64,000 nt of DNA. Source: Octopus sinensis (Eukaryota). Below, piece after piece: positions 55,375-64,000 of this stretch. The notes beneath the pieces are model-generated. The model made no database searches. It saw only the letters and a program-made list of their open reading frames with translations, and had not been told where the DNA came from. The position numbers were made by a program, and so were the translations under genes. The stretch is from the NCBI RefSeq assembly GCF_006345805.1, contig NC_043014.1, positions 6,138,001 through 6,202,000 on the forward strand. Direction: 5' to 3'. Positions within the stretch are counted from its first letter, which is position 1; every line of letters starts with the position of its first letter.

Positions 55375-56324
55375 ATGTATGTATGTATATATGCATGTAT
55401 TATATATATGTGTGTATGTATGTATGTATATATGCATGTATTATATATGTGTGTGTATATGTATGTATGTTAAAGATAGCAGATGCACAAGATTTTTAGA
55501 TTTTATATATTTTCAAAAATAGGATCGTTTCTTTTTTCTTTTTTTATATTAATTTCAAAATATAATTGATAGCAAAATAGCTATTGATCTTTTCTTACCG
55601 GTTTCAATTTTGATTCGATTTTCTCAAGGCCACTAAATCTTTTATCAAATGTCTTTCAATATTTTTACGTAATTTCGAAGGTAACACAAAATTAAATCAA
55701 GACTACTGAAAAATCGTTTCTTCGACCATAATGAAGTCGTAGTTCTGATTGCAAAAACTTTAGTATCAAGGGACGTTATCAAGTCATTCGAGGGACGTAA
55801 TGAACTAAAGCACAATGCACTGAATTTCAGCGAATATTTCTTGGCAAATTTTGGGGTCTTTTGTTTATTCATTGTTTGTCTGCTGTTGGATCGCTACACT
55901 GATAAAACTAGAAAATAGGAAAACTTCAGCATGGTTTGACACCTATTATTATCAGTATGTTGACATATTTGGTAATTTTTCTTGTGTATACCTCCCGAAT
56001 TTGCTGACAGTGTACGTCACTCGTGTGCAGAGTCTCCGGCCTCTTTGACCAATGTAATGTTCTCAGTAAGCTTTGCATGTTAAAAGTTTCGTTAAAATTT
56101 CGGTACGGCACGTCAAGTAATAATTATAAAAATAATTATTTCTTTAAAATACAAATCAGTACCTGCTAATAAATAATTACCTTCTGCACGTTTCCGTCCG
56201 TTACATTTTCTAACTCTTGCATCAGTCGTTTTCCAATGCAGTCTTGCGACAATCACAGACATTTAAAATAATTTTGCTTGATTTACTTTAATGATTGGTT
56301 GTTTCCCAATGATAATTTTTCATT

Positions 56325-56475
56325 ACGTTCTGAATTCAAAAATCCGCAGAGGTCGACTTTGCCTTTCATCCTTTCGGGGTCTATAAATTAGTTGCGTACT
56401 GAGGTCGATTTAATCAACTGGCCCCCCTCTCCAAAAAGTTCTGGCCTTGTACCGTACCTAGAATAGAAAAGAAAA
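56325..56475 (+). mobile_element. SINE family C fragment
   Basis: GAGGTCGACTTTGCCTTTCATCCTTTCGGGG...CTAGAATAGAAAAG. Confidence 0.8.
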
Positions 56476-56855
56476 GAATGATATTTCTTCATGTTTTGAT
56501 CTCAAAATAAATAAAGATAAGTTCTGATAAATGTTTGCAAAAACTTTGTTCTTTAGTTGAAGATTTGAAATGTACGGTATAACCTTTTTTCCCCCATTTT
56601 ATTTGTTGTTGTTTTTTTAGTTTCTAAATGTCAGCTTGTTTCGTTTTTTGGTTTCCATTATTGATTAAACTGAAAGAGTATTTCTTCTAATAAACAATTC
56701 TTTCATTGCCTGGCGTCGGTTTTGCTGAATGATTCGAGACTATTGAGTAAATTCGTTTCGCTGCGTTTTATGGAACGTTAACTCGAATATATTTCGTGTG
56801 ACTTGATGTAAATAATAGGTATTGTTTTCGATCTGAACATTTAAAGATATGTATA

Positions 56856-56894
<39 letters not shown>

Positions 56895-56899
<5 letters not shown>

Positions 56900-57345
56900 T
56901 ACACAAATATGAGAGAGAATCCACTATGTGGACGCTCTTACGCTAAAGATAGATCCGCAAGGGTCTCTACCACTAAGACCTCGTAGTTTAACAATTTATA
57001 TTTTATGACGGATCTCACTGATGATCTACAGATTTATTGTGTAAGTAAAATTGCATAATTTATTAACAGTGAAACAATTGTATGGGGTTAATCTATATTC
57101 TTACTATTTTTCATTTGTCCTGCTCGCTTACGTTCGTAGTGTGCTAAATTTTTCTTGAGAACAATTCTTAGTGGTAGAGACCTTTGCGGATCTATCTTTA
57201 GCGTAAGAGCGTCCACATAGTGGATTCTCTCTTATATTTGTGTATTAATAATATTTACTGAATCTCAGTTTTTTTATGCGCTAAACCACTGGTGTTAAAT
57301 TGATGTTATTAAATTAATATCCACATTTTTCACCCTTATTTTGAT
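56895..57345 (+). mobile_element. PLE-type terminal fragment in (TA)n: 84-bp inverted repeats flanking an HHR
   Basis: Arms 56895-56978 and 57166-57249; (TA)n on both sides. Confidence 0.85.
57011..57089 (+). ncRNA. Type-I hammerhead motif with a long stem II
   Basis: GATCTCA-CTGATGA-(46 nt containing TTGTGTAA/TTGCATAA)-GAAAC-AATT-GTA-TGGGGTT; base of stem II is imperfect. Confidence 0.68.
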
Positions 57346-57354
57346 ATATATATA

Positions 57355-57394
<40 letters not shown>

Positions 57395-57489
57395 TATATA
57401 TATATCAGTTTCTAACTTTTCGTGTCTTTTCGTCTTTAATATAGCCAACGAAGAGCGTTTACAATCACTGTACTCCATATTGAAGGAGT

Positions 57490-57750
57490 GCGAAGGTTTA
57501 TGTTGCTAAGGTTTCAGCCACTATAGGCCCAGACCTTGTCTAACTTAATAGCACCATATATGAGGCAACATGGCCCCCTCTAGCAAATAGTTATTATTGT
57601 TGAAGACATATCCGGGTGTATTTTTGAAGGAATTCGTCCAGTGTACTTTTGAATTTTATGGGATACGTTTCCGTTTTGACGTATTTTGGTATATTATTAA
57701 AAGAAAGAGCTGGACCGGTTGAGGTAAAGTAGTTGCAGCTGATCGACATT
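57490..57750 (-). mobile_element. CR1-type LINE 3' end fragment
   Basis: GPAL.FNNIPKYVK...FKSTLDEFLQK resembles the CR1/L2 ORF2 C-terminus. Confidence 0.65.
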
Positions 57751-57769
57751 TTCTCTCCATAATCTAAAA

Positions 57770-58082
57770 GGAGCACTCCGTCAGTTGCGACGACGAGGGT
57801 CCCAGCTGATACGATCAACGGAACAGCTTGCTCGAGAAATTAACGTGTAAGTGGCTGAGCACTCCACAGACACGTGTACCCATAACGTAGTTCTCGGGGA
57901 GATTCAGTGTGACACGGCTGGCCCTTTGAAATACAGGTACTACTCATTTTTGCCAACTGAGTTGACTGGAGCAACGTGAAATAAAGTGTCTTGCTCAAGG
58001 CCAAACGCACCGCCGGGAATTGAACTCACGACCTTACGATCATGAAACGAATGCTTCTAACCACTAAGCCACGCGCCTTCAC
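57770..58082 (-). mobile_element. SINE with a family A 3' end and a different tRNA head, with TSD
   Basis: TSD CTCCATAATCTAA at ~57755 and ~58082; B box GAGTTCAATTCC. Confidence 0.85.
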
Positions 58083-58342
58083 TCCATAATCTAATGCAAT
58101 AATACAGGGATCTTTTCCAGTTTTCTTTCAAATAACTACTGAAACAATTTCCAAATCTATGACGATTATTCACTGAGTTTAAATCATGATATCACAAAAT
58201 TAATTTCGTTTAAGATGGTACAGCTTTGCTACCAACAGTTGCACCTGATGTTAGTCAGTAGATTGTTTCACCGAAATTGATAATAAACTATTTATGTGCG
58301 AACGTGTGTGTATGTGTGCGCATATATCTTTAAATATATACC

Positions 58343-58390
<48 letters not shown>

Positions 58391-58394
<4 letters not shown>

Positions 58395-58581
58395 TAATCC
58401 AAACATGAAAACACAACACGCGAGGACGTGGAACAAATATAGTATTATTGGACGCTCAGGAAGGAAGGGAAGAAGGAGGGTTTAACGTTTCGAGCGGAGC
58501 TCTTCGTCGGAAACATAGGAGAAGGAAAGATCCAGAGAAGGGAAGACAGAGGGAAAAAAATCGCCAACGGTACACACGCAG

Positions 58582-58585
<4 letters not shown>
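58391..58585 (-). mobile_element. ~190-bp HHR-bearing element in (TA)n
   Basis: Sister of 26122-26302; (TA)n on both sides. Confidence 0.8.
58480..58514 (-). ncRNA. 35-nt minimal hammerhead motif with variant core CCGACGA
   Basis: Reverse complement GTTT-CCGACGA-A-GAGC TCC GCTC-GAAAC-GTT-AAAC. Confidence 0.68.
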
Positions 58586-58617
<32 letters not shown>

Positions 58618-60089
58618 TATATATGCGCGAATCTGGGTGTATTTGTATTAAACTATTTATGTTTCGTAAAGAAAAGATTTGGAAAGATGTTGTATGATAT
58701 TTGTAAGTTGACAGCCGTGGCTACAAAAGTCAAACACTGGTTTCAGGATTTGAAAGTAAGCTTCCAGTTGGTTAAATGAGATTATCCATTTTCTTTTATT
58801 GTAAGAAACCATTTTCATTCCTGCACAGCAGAGGGTAGCGGAGTTTTTAAAATCCCAATTAGTGAAGGGAAAGCTGGGCTGACTTACAATCAGTTCGCGC
58901 AATCAGTTTGAGAAGAAATCCTCCTGTAAAAATCGTCAGTCTCCTGAACAAGGTATTTTTACTCTAAGGAGTGGGGGTAGTTTTAATAGACATTTTCAGT
59001 ATTTTGTTTAGTCAATATTTTATTCAACCTGTTCTGGTTAAGAGGTTCGTATAAACGATACTTGATAAGAGCCATTTTCGGTGAGAACACAACACTGCGT
59101 CCACAGAAACACTACTGTCGAGGTCAAACAATATCCTTCAAAGATAACACCCGTCCGAAATATTATCAAAGATCAGTTGGATTTAGATCTCTACATCATT
59201 ATAAAATTTAAAATATTATATGAAGATTATTAACTTTTAAACACGAATAAGAAGCAAAAATTAAAACAATGATCTACGTATTTATTCTTAATAAGATGCA
59301 GCAGATTTGAACGTGTATGCGCTAATCGCTGTTGTACTTCACCTTTGGAGAGTAACTTCTTTCAAACGCTGTCTGTTGACAGCCCACGATTCAATGACAG
59401 AGGTTGGGGGTGAATACTTTGAAACACCGATGTTTCGACATTATTGTGTCCCTTCAGTTACAGCTTCCCACGAATCTCTGAATCTAAACAAGACCGGTCG
59501 TGATTGCTTATAGAATTCAGCAATCAAATTATATGCTGAGGTGTGATGTTGTCTATCAAGTCCATATTAAATCATTATAAACAGCAAGAACCAACACAAC
59601 CACGCACATATTCGTTATCATGATCCGACAAATTCTAAAAATGAAAAAAATGTACAAAGACATTAGATAACATTATTAAGTTCTCTGATATGCCTGCTGC
59701 AATTCATTATCTTATAATTTGAAAATAAAAGAGACAGAAATATAGTTGTATTTCCTATAATTATTTTATTGCTGAAAATGTACTTGAACAGTCTGTGACA
59801 ATAAGATTACACAAAGCAGGTTACAAAAATTCTGAAATTATGTTACAATAAGAAAAGTTATTTTTTCTAACTGTCACCAGACGGAAATTATTTCCCACTC
59901 ACGAAATAATTAACCTAACTATCTACACTCGACAACTTAATAATTTACCTACATATTTTCTTTTCGAAAGCGTTGCTACTCACTTCCCGGTCCTGTCTCC
60001 GGAATCGATCATGATGAAGTAATAAGTTACAAAGTGCTCCTCTTCCAACTTTTTTTTTTTTTTTTTGCTGTCTATCAAATAAAAATGGC

Positions 60090-60460
60090 ATATCAAATAT
60101 TTAAAAATTATCTAATTGTTCTTTGAATACATCCACATCTACGCCTTGTCGATCTCTGAGACTATTTTGGCATGGTAGGAAAAGTTGAGGGCCTTTGAAC
60201 ATTAAGTTGTTACAATATTAGGTTCTTACGTCAGACGGTAAGGGCTAGACCTTTGGTATTATATAGTGGTGTCCAATCGAGTGATTGGTGTAGCTTTCAA
60301 TCCAGGATCTTCCATATATATCAGTGGATATCTTTCGCATATTCTCTCCAGAGAGTAGAGCCTCGGTTCTTTTGTCCATTCCCAGTTGTTCAGAATATAA
60401 TTTATTTTATCGAAATTCCAGTATGCATATTTAACTGGTTTAATATAGAGAGAAAATGGA
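60090..60460 (-). mobile_element. CR1-type LINE ORF2 C-terminal fragment
   Basis: YSLERICERY, FKGPQL and VFKEQLDNFL motifs on the minus strand. Confidence 0.65.
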
Positions 60461-60569
60461 AGAAATGCCGTGTTTTGGGTAAAATTTCTCGTACGACCGA
60501 CCGACGGGAAGACACAGAAAATCCAATTTGAATGTGTAAGAAAACAAGTTTATAAAGAGTTGTCTATGG

Positions 60570-60715
60570 ACATGGTTGTGTTCTTCATTGAAACCAAATA
60601 GTTTCGGGTTCAATCCCAAGGTATGACACCTTGGGCAAGTGTCTTCTACTAAAACTTCTGCCCAATCAATGACTTGTAAGCTGATTTGGTAAATAGAAAC
60701 TGTGTGGAAGCTCGT

Positions 60716-60720
<5 letters not shown>
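60570..60720 (+). mobile_element. Diverged SINE family B 5' half
   Basis: GGGTTCAATCCC...CACCTTGGGCAAGTGTCTTCTACTA. Confidence 0.7.
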
Positions 60721-60749
<29 letters not shown>

Positions 60750-61007
60750 AAATTAAAAAAGGAAAATACGCACACTTACATAGTTTTAATATAATTTTTA
60801 ATATATCGACCGGTTTCGGTTTCGCTATTCATGATATTATGTTTTACTTATTTGAATATATATTTTTTTCTTAAGAAGAAATTTAGTCCATGTTGTGTGT
60901 GATGAAATTCACGAGTGAATGACTTCACAAGTAGATAAAGGGAGGTAATTGGTTGTCGTTATTAGAGAGAGAGAGAGCATAGTATGGGACAATCAATAAG
61001 TTGTCAT

Positions 61008-61068
61008 AATAGAACTCAGAGTTTCAAATACCGGACCTAAAAGGTTCAAGGCATTTTCATCGGCTATT
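61008..61068 (-). ncRNA. Type-I hammerhead motif with core CCGATGA (left arm)
   Basis: Reverse complement AATAG-CCGATGA-AAATGCC..GAACCT TTT AGGTCC-GGTATTT-GAAAC-TCTGA-GTT-CTATT. Confidence 0.75.
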
Positions 61069-61371
61069 TGGACGATAGACGCTATGAAAAAAAAAACGTT
61101 GAATAAAAGGGAAGTTACTCTAATAGGCATGAAAAACAATAAAAGATATAAAATATAAAAAATTATAAAAACTACACGCAACCATTCTCACAAGAGACAG
61201 AAACGTTCTGTGAGAGTGTGTACGTATGTAGAGTTTACGAACGCTGAACGTTTTTATCTATTGTAAGAATGTGGTGGCATGTATTTTTTTTGTTTTTATA
61301 TTTTTTTCATTCCTATTAGAGTAACTTCCCTTTTATTCAACGGTTTTTTTTTTCATAGCGTGTATCGTCCA

Positions 61372-61432
61372 AACAGCCAATGAAAATGCCTCGAAGCTTT
61401 TAGCTCCGGCATTTGAAACTCTGAGTTCTATT
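61372..61432 (+). ncRNA. Decayed hammerhead motif (right arm)
   Basis: AACAG-CCAATGA-AAATGCC..GAAGCT TTT AGCTCC-GGCATTT-GAAAC-TCTGA-GTT-CTATT. Confidence 0.6.
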
Positions 61433-61471
61433 ATGACAACTTACTGATTGTCCTGTCCTATACTATATATA

Positions 61472-61503
<32 letters not shown>

Positions 61504-61504
<1 letters not shown>

Positions 61505-61669
61505 GGCGCAGGAGTGGCTGTGTGGTAAGTAGCTTGCTAACCAACCACATGGTTCAGGGTTCAGTCCCACTTGGGCAAGTGTCTTCTGCTATAGCCCCGG
61601 GCCGACCAATGCCTTGTGAGTGGATTTGGTAGACGGAAACTGAAAGAAGCCTGTCGTATATATGTATAT

Positions 61670-61716
<47 letters not shown>

Positions 61717-61920
61717 GTGTTTGTGTCTGTGTTTGTCCCCCTAGCATTGCTTGACAACCGATGCTGGTGTGTTTACGTCCCCGTCACTTAGCGGTTCAGC
61801 AAAAGAGACCGATAGAATAAGTACTGGGCTTATAAAGAATAAGTCCCGGGGTCGATTTGCTCGACTAAAGGCGGTGCTCCAGCATGGCTGCAGTCAAATG
61901 ACTGAAACAAGTAAAATAAA
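61504..61920 (+). mobile_element. SINE family B
   Basis: Full-length consensus. Confidence 0.92.
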
Positions 61921-62969
61921 GAAAAATATATATATATATATATTTAAATAAGCAGAAAATGGAGAAACTTTTGATAAACAAACAAACAAATTGACCAACA
62001 TAGGTTGATCATTTTTTAATACAAAACATGACATAGCATTTCTTACGGCCGTTTCCAATGCCAATGTCAGTCGATGCTTACGAAAGAAATTCTGAAAATA
62101 ATATTTGCCATCTTCATAGCACATTCGATCTAGTACATGGAGCTCCATCAGAGTGAATGCAAAAGGATCAAATAAAATAAACGAAGGGAAGAGGAAAGAA
62201 CAGGGCCTCGAGATGCGGCCGGAAGGATCAGAATATTAAAATCATACCATGTTGCAGCGTGGTGATCAAAGTCGATAGGCAAAGGAGTGAACTAGCAGTG
62301 ATCTAGGGAAATATTTATTGGTTATCTCTTTATAAAGGAGAACCAAGGTGTGTAAATAGTAATGAAAGAACGGATACTATTAACCCTTAGATGGTTGTTC
62401 CAACCACTCAGTCTACTCACCTATATATTATACATATACGTATGTGTATCTTTTTGTTCCCGCCCTCGGTGCTTGGCAACCAGTGTTAGTTTGTTTACAT
62501 CCCTGTAGCTTAGAGATTTAACAAAAGAGCCCAATAGAATTGGTGCAGGACTTTAAGGACAAAAAAGGGCAAATAAGGACAAAAAAAGGCAAATAAGGAC
62601 AAAAAGCAAATAAGTACTAGAATCAATTCTTTAGACAAAACCCTTTGAGACATTGCCCCAGCATGGCCGCAGATCAGTGACTGATATTGGTAAAAGATAA
62701 GAGACAAAGATATCCTTTTTGCAACATTCAACATTTGGTTCAAACAAAAAGAAAAAAAACAGTCTACAAGTGCTGCTGCAACAGAAACGGATGACAAGTG
62801 CAATTCCTGCAATGTTGATTATGGAGGTTTCTGATTGGCTAAAATTAGCAGAAATTTTAAACTTTAAAAGGCGTGGACCTTTCTTGTTATTTATTTGTAT
62901 AAAAAACGAACGACTCGAACAAGTGAAAGAGTAAAATAAAAAACACAACTTCTAAGACATATTGCTAAT

Positions 62970-62988
62970 TTTATTATTGTATTTTATT
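62970..62988 (-). promoter_or_regulatory. Candidate polyadenylation signals (two AATAAA) of the ABCC gene
   Basis: TTTATT at 62970 and 62983, about 0.5 kb 3' of the stop codon; the hexamer is common in AT-rich DNA. Confidence 0.4.
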
Positions 62989-63495
62989 AAGAAAGTAAAT
63001 CAAGGATAATTTTAAAAAAACCTGGTTTCAACATTTTTCTTTTTTTCTTTCATAAAATCCAATTAAAATATATATATATGCATACCCACACGCACACCGC
63101 ACACATAATTTTTTAACATAAAAAAAATGATTGAGGCAGAAAGATATTTACAGCTACTGCTTAACATCAGAAGTTAAATGAATGTTTAGGAGCAGCCGCA
63201 GTCTCTCTGTCTTTCTCTCTCTCTCTATCTCACTTTCTCTCTCTGTCTTCCTTTCTTTCTTTCTCTGTATCTCAAGAACAAATCCAAGATGAGAGAACAA
63301 AGTAATGTTATGTGTTACATAACGCGAAAATGAAGTGGAACCGGACACAGCGCATATCAAAGGAAAGAGAGATCAAAACAGTGGAATCTCAACAGCAATG
63401 TAAGTAAAAGAATGTGTAATGGCTCTCCTGAGTGATGAGAAGTGAGAGAGATGTTTGGTGAGGGCAGGGCAGAGTTTGTTATGAGGGAGATTTGT

Positions 63496-63610
63496 TCATG
63501 ATACAATTCCTGCGTCTTTTGCCAGACCATAGAACATGGATTTTTCATTCTTCAGCAATTTCTGTGGCGATGCAAATTCTTTGATAGATCCTGTATCCAA
63601 AACCATGATT
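63496..63610 (-). CDS. Terminal coding exon of an ABCC/MRP1-like multidrug resistance-associated protein
   Basis: (R)IMVLDTGSIKEFASPQKLLKNEKSMFYGLAKDAGIVS* resembles the MRP1 C-terminus (..VLDKGEI.E...P..LL...FYSMAKDAGLV). Preceded by a polypyrimidine tract and TTTGCAG acceptor (AG at 63612-63611), phase 2. Confidence 0.92.
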
Positions 63611-63757
63611 CTGCAAAGATAAAGAAAGAGAAATAAGAAATTTAAAAGAAAAAGAAGAATAGAATGAATGAGGAATACGGTTTGTGCCTCTCTCCTCATT
63701 TATGGTCGTGTATGTTGGGTAAATTACCAAAAGACAACAACTGAGAATATACACATC

Positions 63758-64000
63758 AGGAGTGGCTGTGTGGTAAGTAGCTTGCTAACCAACCACATGG
63801 TTCCGGGTTCAGTCCCACTGTGTGACACCTTGGGCAAGTGTCTTCTGCTATAGCCCTGGGCCAACCAATGCCTTGTGAGTGGATTTGGTAGATGGAAACT
63901 GAAAGAAGCCTGTCGTATATCTATACAAATATATATATATATATTATATATATATATATACATAGGCGCAGGAATGGCTGTGTGGTAAGTAGCTTGCTAA
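63758..64000 (+). mobile_element. Two SINE family B 5' parts in the last ABCC intron
   Basis: Heads AGGAGTGGCTGTGTGGTAAG at 63758 and AGGCGCAGGAATGGCTG at 63964. Confidence 0.88.

Larger units (their letters stand above)
60979..61466. mobile_element. ~490-bp imperfect fold-back element with an HHR in each arm
   Basis: Arms ~60979-61210 and ~61245-61466; flanked by (GA)n and (TA)n. Confidence 0.85.

Noticed and set aside
58657-59200. Possible coding or transposase fragment on the minus strand
   Set aside because: No motif I can recognise; needs a translated homology search.
63611-63699. N-terminal part of the 67-aa ORF 63496..63699
   Set aside because: It is the intron polypyrimidine tract upstream of the splice acceptor, not coding sequence.

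Overview
AT-rich, repeat-dominated eukaryotic DNA. The SINE families, microsatellite load and Penelope-like elements (PLEs) suggest an octopus (cephalopod) genome; this is an inference. The only host-gene sequence I recognise is the terminal coding exon of an MRP1-like ABCC transporter (63496-63610, minus strand). The rest consists of three abundant tRNA-derived SINE families, two decayed Tc1/mariner transposons, a non-autonomous Helitron nested in a long-TIR element, CR1-type LINE fragments, a ~7 kb frameshifted PLE (RT plus C-terminal GIY-YIG endonuclease, Hydra-clade-like), microsatellites and a 100-N gap. Almost all ORFs in the track are microsatellite or SINE artefacts. The main hidden signal is about 15 minimal type-I hammerhead ribozyme (HHR) motifs, intact or decayed, in at least 7 sequence families. 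Most sit 40-260 nt upstream of a (TA)n array, and several lie in long fold-back hairpins. One terminates the large PLE, which suggests an autonomous/non-autonomous, (TA)n-targeting, ribozyme-carrying retroelement system. All calls were made by eye, and boundaries are approximate unless a motif is quoted.
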